From contig CAVYVF010000022.1 in NCBI GenBank assembly GCA_963771885.1, positions 1 through 64,000 of the forward strand: 64,000 nt of DNA, in the 5' to 3' direction. The notes below the pieces were generated by a model, which saw only the letters and a program-made list of their open reading frames with translations, was not told where the DNA came from and searched no databases. Source of the DNA: Candidatus Bathyarchaeota archaeon (GTDB taxonomy: Archaea > Thermoproteota > Bathyarchaeia > TCS64). Shown here one piece after another: positions 49,522 through 58,975 of this stretch. A program made the position numbers and the translations under genes. Position 1 is the stretch's first letter. The number at the start of each line of letters is the position of its first letter.

Positions 49522-50484
49522 CTACGTGACTCTGTTCCTAGGTTCACGCCCCTCTAAGACGTCGATGACGCCCTGCGCTACCTGGGTGGCCATCCTCCGC
49601 ATCGCCTCGAGACTACTCGCCCCAAGATGAGGCGTTAAAACAACGTTGTCAATGCCGAGGAGCGGATTATCTGGCTTTAAAGGCTCGACCTCGAAGACGT
49701 CGAGTGCCGCGGCGGAGATATGTCCACTTCTCAGCGCCTCTATCAGTGCGGCCTCATCTATTATGCGACCCCTCGCAGTATTGACTATCATTGACCCACG
49801 TTTCATCAGGGACAGCTCCTTTGCACCAATAGTGTGGTGGGTCTCAGCCGTGCCGGGTAAGTGCAGGCTTATGATATCGCTCCGGGTGAGGAGGGAGGGG
49901 AGTTCAGCCCACTCTACGCCAATTTCTCTTTCGATATCCGGGTGTCGGCTCCGACTCCAGTAGAGGAGCCTAAGGTCGAAAGGCTTCAGCCGTCTAGCTG
50001 TCGCAGCGGCTATCCGCCCCATACCGACGAGACCCACTGTCTTCCCAGCCAGCTCCACGCCAATGAGGTCGCTATACTTACGTGCCCATGCCCCTGCGCG
50101 AACCGCCTTGTCGGCGGAGGCTACCCTTCGCGTCATCGAGAGCATCATCGCGACCGCCATCTCGGAGACCGTCACCGTTAAGGCGTCAGGTGTGTTGAGG
50201 ACTACCTTGCCCAAATCGCGAGCGGCTGCTAGGTCAACGTGGTCACAGCCTATGCCGTGGACGCCTACTACACGCAATCGGGGACTAGCCGTCATGATCT
50301 CGCGTGTGACTTTAACGCCGCCACGGGTGATCAGACCATCGGCCTCAGGCGCCACTCGAAAAAGCTCGCCCTCACCCACCCCCGGGAGGAGGGAAACAAC
50401 CTTGACGCCTCGACTCGCGAGGAGGCTAACTCCGGCTTCGTTTATAGGCTCCGTGACGACTACCGTCCACGGTGGTTTAGACAT
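49522..50484 (-). CDS. D-2-hydroxyacid dehydrogenase (SerA-like, no ACT domain)
   Basis: GIGCDHVD, GMGRI, NTARG, LDVFEVEP, TPHLGA. Confidence 0.9.
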   Translation of the reverse strand: MSKPPWTVVVTEPINEAGVSLLASRGVKVVSLLPGVGEGELFRVAPEADGLITRGGVKVTREIMTASPRLRVVGVHGIGCDHVDLAAARDLGKVVLNTPDALTVTVSEMAVAMMLSMTRRVASADKAVRAGAWARKYSDLIGVELAGKTVGLVGMGRIAAATARRLKPFDLRLLYWSRSRHPDIEREIGVEWAELPSLLTRSDIISLHLPGTAETHHTIGAKELSLMKRGSMIVNTARGRIIDEAALIEALRSGHISAAALDVFEVEPLKPDNPLLGIDNVVLTPHLGASSLEAMRRMATQVAQGVIDVLEGREPRNRVT

Positions 50485-50514
50485 CGATGAAAAGTAGGCG
50501 ATTGTGGTTAAGAA

Positions 50515-51675
50515 TTAGTCGCGTCCACGTCCCCTGCGGGAGACCTTGAAGGGCTCGTGCTTCGCCTGCTTCAGCATCTTTTCCAATGCCGCGACGAGTC
50601 CGTCGAAGGTCTTCACGAGGTCGTACCCCTCGTTCGAGGTCTGGAATTGCTCACGCGGTGTATGGACACGCACCGTCATCTCGTACCGCCCCTTCTCACC
50701 GCCCTTCTCTGCCTTCTTTACCACCACTTGTACGTTGTCAATGTCGGGGTGCAGCTTCAGGCCAAGACTGACCGCCTTCTTCACCTTCTCTTCGGCGAGG
50801 CTCTTCTCGAGGAACTCCTCATTGGTGAGCCCGACGATGGAAATGGGTAGCTCGGGCTCGCCTTCGGGCTCGGCTATTAGCTGGAGCAGTTCCTTAGGGG
50901 TTATTATGCCGTATACGCCTCCCTTCTCGTCGATGATCAACGCGGCGCTCTTCTCATGGTCGCGAAGGCCCTTAGCGACGTCGAGGGCGGTCGCGTCGGG
51001 GCTGAATGTCAGTGGGTGCTCATCCATAAGCCCCTCCACGGTTCCGGGGTACTTTGATATCTTCTGACCCGCCCTCTCGCCGGTCTTAGCCCTGCCGATC
51101 CCCGCTGAGAAGTGCTTAACGATGTCCTGAGCAGTTACTATGCCGACGAGCTTCTCTTCCTTCACAATTGGTACGTGGCTGAAACCTCTATCCAGCATCA
51201 GCTTCCTCGCCTCGGCGACCTTTGCGAAGACGCCCAACACAACAGGCGGTATTTTGGCGATGTCCCTCGCAGGCGTCTTCTTCAGCTCGTTGCAGTCGGC
51301 TAGGGCTCCAACGATGTCGACCTGAGAGATTATTCCTATGGGCTTCATACTCTCGACGACGGGGAGCGCCCTTGCGTTAATCCTCACGAGCTCGGTCGCG
51401 ACGCCTCCGACCCAGCTGTCCGAAGTGACTGGCGTCCAGTGGCTCTTCCAGAGTTTCTCGACCTTCGTCTGCTCAAGTTGCTCGGCATTCAGGAGATCGC
51501 GTATAGTTACCATGCCGATCTTGCCGCCGCCCACGACAAGGGCCTCGTAGCGGCCAGTCTTCTCTAGCTCCCCCTTGACCTTGCTCGCGGAGTCCTCGGG
51601 AGTGAAGACGCTGAAACGCCTCTCTATGAGCTCAGATATCTCGGTCTGTGACAGTTCGTCGATGGTGTTCGCCAT
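50515..51675 (-). CDS. Four-CBS-domain protein with C-terminal HPF/RaiA-like domain
   Basis: Repeated CBS motifs (GMVTIRDLL, GIISQVDI, GIVTAQDI, GIITPKELL); C-terminus PISIVG...RYEMTVRV...GYDLVKTFD...LEKML. Confidence 0.8.
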   Translation of the reverse strand: MANTIDELSQTEISELIERRFSVFTPEDSASKVKGELEKTGRYEALVVGGGKIGMVTIRDLLNAEQLEQTKVEKLWKSHWTPVTSDSWVGGVATELVRINARALPVVESMKPIGIISQVDIVGALADCNELKKTPARDIAKIPPVVLGVFAKVAEARKLMLDRGFSHVPIVKEEKLVGIVTAQDIVKHFSAGIGRAKTGERAGQKISKYPGTVEGLMDEHPLTFSPDATALDVAKGLRDHEKSAALIIDEKGGVYGIITPKELLQLIAEPEGEPELPISIVGLTNEEFLEKSLAEEKVKKAVSLGLKLHPDIDNVQVVVKKAEKGGEKGRYEMTVRVHTPREQFQTSNEGYDLVKTFDGLVAALEKMLKQAKHEPFKVSRRGRGRD

Positions 51676-51774
51676 GTATAGAACCTCATTAATCGATCAT
51701 GATTTGTTGGTATAAATAGTCTCACCCGCTGGAAACCTTATAGGAGGGCTTGGGAACCCTAAACGGAGCATTCC

Positions 51775-52554
51775 GTGTGCACGTTGATAGCCCTCCTCGG
51801 GTTCCTTGAGGACTACCCGGTGATGGTTCTACACAACAGGTATCTGAACCGGGGCACACTGGAGGAAGCGCCGCGGTTCTTCCGTGGGGCGCGCAGAATC
51901 TACGCGCCTTATGACGTCGCCTCCAAGGGGACGTGGATAGGTTTCAACGATTCAGGTCTACTCGTCGCTGTGACGAACCAGGAGACCGAGATGCTTGAGA
52001 AGCCAGCGCGGAGCAGGGGGCTGCTCGCCATGGATCTGCTCGACGGCTGCGACTCCGCCGACGAAGCGAAGGGGCTGCTCACCGATCCCGATGCCCGATT
52101 GGACTACCGGCGGGGGAACTTCCTCGTCGCGGACGCGGACTCCGCATGGCACATCGTCTGGGACAGAGAGACGGACGTCCACCGCCTCGACTATGGCGGT
52201 CATACAATAACGACGCTCACCCTCTTCCACAGTATGGACTGGAGTGAAAGGGCGGAGAAGATGTGGGAGAACGCTGAGAGGCGGAGGATAAGGGCGCTTC
52301 AGTTCCTGGACAACCAACAGCCCGGGGACATCGAAGGACTGACGGCAATGCTAAAGGAGATGGGTGCTGACCACGGCGCGGAGAAAGGGCCGGGCTCCAT
52401 CTGCTACCACTATCCTACCGGGGAGTACGTGCAGACGAGCTCGACGATAATTTCTATAGGTGCGGACGTCTCTGAGTCGAGGATTCAATACTGCCCGGGT
52501 AATCCCTGCGAAAACAACTACGTTGATTACTCGGGGATAGTTGAAAAAGTTTAG
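51775..52554 (+). CDS. NRDE/TANGO2 family Ntn-hydrolase-like protein
   Basis: MCT start, HNR, GTWIGFN, AVTN, SRGLL, NFLVAD, TSST. Confidence 0.85.
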   Translation: MCTLIALLGFLEDYPVMVLHNRYLNRGTLEEAPRFFRGARRIYAPYDVASKGTWIGFNDSGLLVAVTNQETEMLEKPARSRGLLAMDLLDGCDSADEAKGLLTDPDARLDYRRGNFLVADADSAWHIVWDRETDVHRLDYGGHTITTLTLFHSMDWSERAEKMWENAERRRIRALQFLDNQQPGDIEGLTAMLKEMGADHGAEKGPGSICYHYPTGEYVQTSSTIISIGADVSESRIQYCPGNPCENNYVDYSGIVEKV

Positions 52555-53534
52555 TTGGGGAGTTCTGTGCCGATCTTCTTCTTGACGGCGAGTTCGTAGA
52601 CCTTTGCACCGGTGCCGACGTCTTCTATGGCGAGGCCGGTCGCCTTGAAGAGGGTGATCTCGTCGGGGGATGTGCGCCCCTTCTTCTGCCCGGAGACTAT
52701 CTCACCCATCTCGGCGTAGATGTCCTTCTCCGTGATCGCGCCTTCCTCCTTCGGCTTTGCGAAGTCGCCTACGACGAATGCCTGCGGGGTAAAGTCGACG
52801 ACTAGCTTGTTCGCCTTCTTGATCACGCTGGTTTCTAACTCCCTCTTCGCCGCGACATCCGCGCCTATAGCGGAGACGTGGGCGCCTTTCTTCAGCCACT
52901 CACCCTTGATGAAGGGGGTGGTGCTAGGCGTGCAGGTGATAACGATGTCGCTACCCTTCGTCGCCTCCTCAGCCGACTTAGCGGCGACGAAGTCAACGCC
53001 CGGGTACATAGCCTTCATGTCCTTGATGAATGGCGGTACCGCCTCGGGAAGGATGTCAAATATCTTGACCTTAGTTATCTTAGGGCGGACGAGCATGAGT
53101 CCCATTATCTGGCTCCTACCCTGGACGCCGAGGCCGCAGAGACCGACCTCCTTGGCGTCCTCGCGTGAGAGGTACTTTATCCCAACTGCGCCAGCGGCGC
53201 CGGTGCGGACGGCTGTGACGTATGTCCCGTCCATGATGGCAAGTGGCGTGCCGTTCTCGACGCTGTTGATGACGATCTTCGCCTGCACTGCGGGGAGGTT
53301 GTAGTCCTTCTTGTTGCCGGGGTGGACGGTGACGAGCTTCGTGCCCGCTGCGTTGAGGTTGGGCATGTAGGCAGGCATAGCGATGAGGACGCCCTTTGGG
53401 AAGTGTAGATAGACCCTCGGAGGCATCTCGATCGCCTTGTTACCCATCTCCCGGAAGCCGTCCTCGACGGCCTCTAGGGCGCTTTTCATGTCAAGAACCT
53501 TCTTGACCTCGTCCTGTGTGAGGTAAAGAACCAT
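52551..53534 (-). CDS. Ornithine cyclodeaminase/mu-crystallin family (archaeal alanine dehydrogenase-like)
   Basis: MPAY, KLVTVHPGN, TAVRTGAAG, AIGAD, FKATGLAIED. Confidence 0.9.
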   Translation of the reverse strand: MVLYLTQDEVKKVLDMKSALEAVEDGFREMGNKAIEMPPRVYLHFPKGVLIAMPAYMPNLNAAGTKLVTVHPGNKKDYNLPAVQAKIVINSVENGTPLAIMDGTYVTAVRTGAAGAVGIKYLSREDAKEVGLCGLGVQGRSQIMGLMLVRPKITKVKIFDILPEAVPPFIKDMKAMYPGVDFVAAKSAEEATKGSDIVITCTPSTTPFIKGEWLKKGAHVSAIGADVAAKRELETSVIKKANKLVVDFTPQAFVVGDFAKPKEEGAITEKDIYAEMGEIVSGQKKGRTSPDEITLFKATGLAIEDVGTGAKVYELAVKKKIGTELPN

Positions 53535-53590
53535 GGTTATCTCCTAGGGGATAGGGAACCGGATGCCGTATTAACGATTTTCCACGGCGC

Positions 53591-54352
53591 CTAGGGAGTG
53601 AACTTCTCCCCGCCGGTGAAGACGCGCTGTAGCTCTGAGTAGAGTACTTGGAAGCCGTCCTGCGTCTTCGAGGAGACGGCGATGGGGCTGAACTCGACGC
53701 CCATCCTCTCGATGATTTCGAGCATGTCCGCGCTCATCTCCCTGTTCATACCGCTAAGCTTGGCGTCAACCGCCTCGCGGAGCACCTCGGAGTCGTCTGC
53801 CCAACTCATCATGCCTTCGAGCTCGTTCGCCTTGAGTAAGTCGACCTTGCTGAATACCTGGAACTGGGGGAGCTGGAAACGGACGTTTATGGCGGATGCT
53901 AGGAACATGTTCATGACGTAGTTTAGTGGGTCGCGGCAGAAGCCCGCGTCGAAGAGGTAGACTAGGCCTTTGTCGGCGTCTGTGAGCTTCTCCGCCACTT
54001 CAGCGCCTATATTGCGGAAGGCGAATAGCTCCATCTGCCCCGGGGTATCGACTATGCAGATGTCTGGTGTGAAGTCCTCGATGTCCTGGCTGACTTGGTC
54101 CACGACATCTTTGATCGCGTCCGTGGCGGCGACGAGGCCGCCATTTGGACCGAGGCCGTACTCCTCCATGATGTCCTCGACTTTTATGTAGTCGCGGATG
54201 TCTACGTTTGCTGAGTATGGGAGGCTTGGGGCGCCTGGGTCGAGGTTTATCGCCATGACGTCCTCGCGCTGCATCTCGAGGAAGCGGGTGAACGTGGCTG
54301 TGAGGCTTGACTTGCCGCTACCGGCAGTCCCAACCATGAATATCATGTGCAT
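53591..54352 (-). CDS. GPN-loop GTPase
   Basis: GTAGSGKS, NLDPG, LGPNG, DTPGQME. Confidence 0.93.
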   Translation of the reverse strand: MHMIFMVGTAGSGKSSLTATFTRFLEMQREDVMAINLDPGAPSLPYSANVDIRDYIKVEDIMEEYGLGPNGGLVAATDAIKDVVDQVSQDIEDFTPDICIVDTPGQMELFAFRNIGAEVAEKLTDADKGLVYLFDAGFCRDPLNYVMNMFLASAINVRFQLPQFQVFSKVDLLKANELEGMMSWADDSEVLREAVDAKLSGMNREMSADMLEIIERMGVEFSPIAVSSKTQDGFQVLYSELQRVFTGGEKFTP

Positions 54353-54357
54353 TGCGG

Positions 54358-55398
54358 TTAACCTGTGAGTTCCCTGAAAGATTCGTATGCCTTGACTAGA
54401 CTCGTGCGGTCTGCCCTCTTAAAGGCGTAGCCACAGACGGATGAGACTAGACCCTTTTCGCCCTTGTCCTTGGCGACCTTCATCCCCCTTATGGCGTCAA
54501 GGAGGATCGAACCACCGTTCGGAGCGTCCTCGCTGCTCAGCTTCAGATCCATCGTGAATGGGACGCCTCCGAAGTAGCGGCCCTTGACCCAAAAGAAGCT
54601 GTCACGCCCATTGCCGAGGAAGTCGACGAAGTCGGTCGAGCCGGAGACGAGCGGGAACTTGTACGGCACGTGACCAGTGACGGCAGCCGTCTTTATGCTC
54701 CTCTTCGTGTCTTTAGTCTTCTCCAGCGTGCTGATGGACTCTGCGCCGCCTCCGACATCGAGCTGATAGCTCTCGTCGATATGCGCGCCACGGCTGTGTA
54801 GGAACTCGAGGATGCCGATGTGGATGGCTGTCGCGCCGACCTGGTCGAGGAGATCATCACCCGAAAGGGGCAGCTTCGCTGCAACGAATTTTTTCACAAA
54901 CACGTCGTCGCTTGCGATACTCGAAGGCGTTGCGTTGATGTAGGCGCACCCCGCGTCGAGCGCCGCCTTCGCGTAGAGGGCGGAGGCCTTGTCGCTGCCT
55001 CCAGAGACCATATTTATGAGGATGTCTGCCTTCGCCTTCTTGAGCTCCGCTGCGACGTCGACGGGCTCCTCCTTGGCCCGCTTGATGCTACTGAGGGTAC
55101 CCTCTTCAACTAGGTCGGGGGCAGGCCCCATCTTGACAGTGACGCCGATCTTTGGCACATCGACTATCTTCGGTGCATTATTGGGTTTCGCGAATATGGC
55201 CTCGGAGAGGTCCTTGCCCACCTTCGCCTCCGAGATGTCGAATGCGGCGACGAACTTGATGTCGCTGGGCTTGTAGCCACCAAGCGTGGGGTGGAGGAGC
55301 CCCATAGGCTCCTTTGCCTTGGAGTAGTAGCGCACACCCTGCACTGTGCTTGAGCAGAGGTTCCCAATACCTGCGAAGGCGACCCGTATCTCACCCAT
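54358..55398 (-). CDS. Myo-inositol-1-phosphate synthase family protein, divergent
   Basis: GIGNLCSS, FVAAFDI, KVGKDLSEAI, GDDLLDQVGAT, EDAPNGG. Confidence 0.8.
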   Translation of the reverse strand: MGEIRVAFAGIGNLCSSTVQGVRYYSKAKEPMGLLHPTLGGYKPSDIKFVAAFDISEAKVGKDLSEAIFAKPNNAPKIVDVPKIGVTVKMGPAPDLVEEGTLSSIKRAKEEPVDVAAELKKAKADILINMVSGGSDKASALYAKAALDAGCAYINATPSSIASDDVFVKKFVAAKLPLSGDDLLDQVGATAIHIGILEFLHSRGAHIDESYQLDVGGGAESISTLEKTKDTKRSIKTAAVTGHVPYKFPLVSGSTDFVDFLGNGRDSFFWVKGRYFGGVPFTMDLKLSSEDAPNGGSILLDAIRGMKVAKDKGEKGLVSSVCGYAFKRADRTSLVKAYESFRELTG

Positions 55399-55448
55399 GG
55401 TTCCACCTACGGAGTGAGGGGCAGGTACGGGTATGAAAGCGTAACGTT

Positions 55449-55898
55449 TCAGCCTAGAGGCTTCTCCATCGCGATGCCGTCCTCATCACGGTAGTAATTG
55501 GGGAGGTGTCCGGTCTCGACATAGCCGCGCTTCAGGTAGAGTATCTTAGCGGGGATGTTCGAGGCACGCACCTCAAGGTATGAGGCAACTGCGCCTCTCT
55601 CCGAGAACCGACGTTCCAGCTCGTCGAGCAGCCTCCCCGCAAGCCCCTTGCGCCTCCAATCCAGCGCGACGGCAATGTTCATCACGTGTCCCACCCTCTC
55701 TGCCCCGCGCTTTTCAACCTCCCCTATAGCGTAGCCTATAACCGCGCCCTCGGCCTCGGCGACGAGAAAAAGTTCAGGTGCCCTGCCCCGCATTAGGAAG
55801 AAAATCGACCTCGGCCAAGGGTCCGTGTAGCTGCCCACTTCTATCCTGTGAACCGTGGCGATGTCAGCCGCCGTTACTGACTTTATTGTGGGCTCCAA
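55449..55898 (-). CDS. rimI: RimI/Ard1-like GNAT N-acetyltransferase
   Basis: GHVMNIAV, RRKGLA, LEVRASN, YYRDEDG. Confidence 0.85.
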   Translation of the reverse strand: MEPTIKSVTAADIATVHRIEVGSYTDPWPRSIFFLMRGRAPELFLVAEAEGAVIGYAIGEVEKRGAERVGHVMNIAVALDWRRKGLAGRLLDELERRFSERGAVASYLEVRASNIPAKILYLKRGYVETGHLPNYYRDEDGIAMEKPLG

Positions 55899-55944
55899 CT
55901 CGGTCTCGGAGTGGGCGCATCGTTATTTATGGGTTAGGCTGAGT

Positions 55945-56988
55945 ATGCAGAGTGGCACCCCATTGAACAAGAGGGCGCTCGCTTTCACTATCGTAGGAGT
56001 CGTCTTCTTCGTCGCGTACCTCGTCTGGTCGAATCCCCTCGAAGCATTTGCCCAGGTTGGCACCTTCAATGTTCCCATATACTTGGTCGCCGTCGCCGTC
56101 GACTTCCTCGGGCTCATGTTCTGGGCTACCTCGTGGTACCTCATACTCAGGGCGATGAAGGTCGAAATAGGCCTATGGACTACTACGCAGCTAAGCTTCA
56201 CGAGTCTCTTCATAGGATGGATCGCGCCGTTGCCGTTAATGACCGAGATGGTGCGCGCCTACCTCATCAAGGATAGGTCCACTTCGAACCTTGGGAAGGG
56301 GCTGAGCAGCGTGCTGGTTCACAGAGCCTACTATAACATCGCCTTCGGTTTGATAATCGGAGGGACCACGTTCATCACGCTGGTGAGTGGCGGACAGATT
56401 CCCATCAACCCCGCAGTGTCCTGGTTCCTAACAGTCTTCGCCCTCGTTAGCGTCGCCGTTTTCATTCTCACCCTAAACAAGCGCGCATTGACCTATGTTT
56501 ACTCGAAAAGCCCACAGTTTGTAAGGCGCAAGGTGTTCGACAGATACCGCAACTCCGAGACAGGGGAGAATGGGTTCAACCATGTGATCGAGGACATAGC
56601 CGACGCGATCTGTGCCTTGAAGGCGGAGATGGGCTTGAACCTCGCAGCTTTCGCCATGCTCGTCTTCCACTGGAGTGCCGGCGTTGTGACCACATACCTC
56701 TCCGCCATGGCCCTCGGCGTCCAGCTAGACATCTCTACGGCGATATTCGCTTTCGCCTTCGTCGAGTTCCTACAGCAGATAAACTTCTTCATACCCAGCG
56801 GGATAGGTATACTAGACGCGGGGCTCGCGGGTGCTCTCGTCCTCGCCGGGATTCCCCTTTCGATGGCAGCCGCGATAAGTCTTCTCACGCGACTCGCCAC
56901 ATACTGGCTCGAGATAGCCCTCTGCACACCTATAGCCTTCCGCTTAGGCTACAAGGAGTTTCTTGCCAAGTACTTCGGCGGCGGGTAG
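55945..56988 (+). CDS. Lysylphosphatidylglycerol-synthase-TM / flippase-like membrane protein
   Basis: About 8 TM helices; EMVRAYL, PSGIGILD, LLTRLATYW. Confidence 0.8.
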   Translation: MQSGTPLNKRALAFTIVGVVFFVAYLVWSNPLEAFAQVGTFNVPIYLVAVAVDFLGLMFWATSWYLILRAMKVEIGLWTTTQLSFTSLFIGWIAPLPLMTEMVRAYLIKDRSTSNLGKGLSSVLVHRAYYNIAFGLIIGGTTFITLVSGGQIPINPAVSWFLTVFALVSVAVFILTLNKRALTYVYSKSPQFVRRKVFDRYRNSETGENGFNHVIEDIADAICALKAEMGLNLAAFAMLVFHWSAGVVTTYLSAMALGVQLDISTAIFAFAFVEFLQQINFFIPSGIGILDAGLAGALVLAGIPLSMAAAISLLTRLATYWLEIALCTPIAFRLGYKEFLAKYFGGG

Positions 56989-57024
56989 CAACTATTTATC
57001 GGAGGCGCTGACTATCTGTGGCGT

Positions 57025-58014
57025 ATGCTCCGCCTCGGTATAATAGGCTGCGGTAGGGTTACCACGATGTTCCATCTGAAGGCGATTGAGGCCTCGGGCG
57101 TCGTGGAACTGGTTAGCATCTCTGATAAAGGTGAGGGGCAACTCGCTGAGGTCAAGGGAGCAACAGGCGTCGGTCATGCCTGCGGAGACTACCACGAGCT
57201 CCTTGCTAGATCAGACGTGGAGGCGGTCGCCATAAACACGCCCCCACGGTTCCACGAGGAGATGACCCTCGAGGCGCTAAAGATGGGAAAGCATGTCCTC
57301 TGCGAGAAGCCGCTGGCGCAGACCGTCGAAGGCTGCGAGAGAATAAAGAAGGCGATGGGAAGCCTCATCGTCTTACCCGCCCACAACTACGTCTACACCC
57401 CCGCCCTCTACAAGATGGAGGAGATAATCAAGCAGGGCACGATAGGCAAAGTTGAGTCGGTCAAACTCAACTTCGAGAACAACCTCGGCTTCTACGGGTC
57501 GAAGACGGACTTCCGCACGAAGGACCCGAAGGGGATAGTCGAGGACGTTATGCCCCACATACTGAGCGTCGCAGGCGTCGTCGCCGGTAGACCTAGCAAA
57601 GTACTCAACGTCTCAGGTAAATGCAGAAAGTATGATGTCTGTGACAACCTCCACGCTGACATAGAGACCGTGAGCGGCGCTAAACTCGACTGCACTGCGA
57701 GCTGGACCCGCACAATCCCAACCTTCGCGGTTGCTATCAAGGGCGAGAAGGGCGGCATAACCAGCGACTTCGCCATAAATCCCTATAGCTACACTGTCGA
57801 ATCCGAAGGCGCGAAGAAGAAGACGAGCGAGAGGGGCATCGATTGGTACCTCGACCTCGCACAGTTCAAGCACCCTAGCTTCCCAGAGCAGTACAGACAC
57901 CTCGACAAACTCGTCCACGAGGGAGGGGAGCCGAGGATAACGGTTGACGACGAGATAGCGATGCTCGCCGTAATGAAGGAGATGGGGGATAGAATAGCCC
58001 CCGGGGTGAAGTAG
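57025..58014 (+). CDS. Gfo/Idh/MocA family oxidoreductase
   Basis: GIIGCG, INTPPRFH, GKHVLCEKP. Confidence 0.9.
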   Translation: MLRLGIIGCGRVTTMFHLKAIEASGVVELVSISDKGEGQLAEVKGATGVGHACGDYHELLARSDVEAVAINTPPRFHEEMTLEALKMGKHVLCEKPLAQTVEGCERIKKAMGSLIVLPAHNYVYTPALYKMEEIIKQGTIGKVESVKLNFENNLGFYGSKTDFRTKDPKGIVEDVMPHILSVAGVVAGRPSKVLNVSGKCRKYDVCDNLHADIETVSGAKLDCTASWTRTIPTFAVAIKGEKGGITSDFAINPYSYTVESEGAKKKTSERGIDWYLDLAQFKHPSFPEQYRHLDKLVHEGGEPRITVDDEIAMLAVMKEMGDRIAPGVK

Positions 58015-58881
58015 TTGGCAAAGGTCGCGCTAGTAAAGGCGGGGGATATAGAAGCATCAGTAAGAAGGGCTGTAGAACTCGCAGGGGGCTTTCAGATCAA
58101 GCCTGGGATGAAGGTCGTCATCAAGCCCAACGTCTGTAACTCCAAGAACCCACAGGGTATGGTCCTCACCGACTTCAAAATCGTCGAGGCCGCAGTCAAG
58201 ATGATTAGGGAGAAGGGCTGCGAACCACTCATAGTCGAGTCAGACAACATCGCCGATACGGGAGACAACCGCGTCAGAGACTCCGGCCTCAGGGCGAAGC
58301 TCGACGAATGGGGCGTCAAGTTCCTAAACCTCAGCGGCGACCAGTGTGTCCCCCATAGAGTCGCGGACACTGAGATCATGATCCCAAAGACCATGCTGGA
58401 AGCCGACTACGTCGTTAATCTCGCCAAAATGAAGACCTGCGCCCACACCACAGTCACCCTCGGTATCAAGAACCTCTACGGCTGCTTCCAAGAAGCGAAG
58501 AAGAGTAGACTCCATAAAAAGCTCGACGAGGTCCTACCCTACCTGGCGAAGATAATAAGGACTGACATGACGGTCATCGACGGGCTGACCTGTATGGAGG
58601 GCAACGGCCCAGTCGTGGGTAACCCCCGCAGGATGGGCGTCGTCGTTGCTGGCACCGACGTCGTTGCCGTAGACAGCTTCTGTGTTGGGCTGATGGGCTT
58701 CAAGCCCGAGGAGATAAGGCACGTCGCCAACACGGCGTTCCTCGGAGTCGGGCAGATGGACGGTTACGAGGTCGTCGGCGATCCATGGAAGGGATTCGTC
58801 TGCCAGTTCGAGCGCCCCTACTCACTAAAGGCAACGTTCAAGTCGTTAGGCGCCGTCAGGGACGTCTACCTCAAGCGTTAA
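58015..58881 (+). CDS. DUF362 domain protein
   Basis: VVIKPN, NLAKMKT, TLGIKNLYG, IDG..CMEGNGP, DVVAVD. Confidence 0.88.
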   Translation: MAKVALVKAGDIEASVRRAVELAGGFQIKPGMKVVIKPNVCNSKNPQGMVLTDFKIVEAAVKMIREKGCEPLIVESDNIADTGDNRVRDSGLRAKLDEWGVKFLNLSGDQCVPHRVADTEIMIPKTMLEADYVVNLAKMKTCAHTTVTLGIKNLYGCFQEAKKSRLHKKLDEVLPYLAKIIRTDMTVIDGLTCMEGNGPVVGNPRRMGVVVAGTDVVAVDSFCVGLMGFKPEEIRHVANTAFLGVGQMDGYEVVGDPWKGFVCQFERPYSLKATFKSLGAVRDVYLKR

Positions 58882-58975
58882 TCGTCTCCCGTCGAAGACT
58901 CTATCGATCCCTGTCGATTCGCTTATATAGAAAACACCCAACCTATCCTTCAAGTTTCCGGAGAGGTTGCATCAT

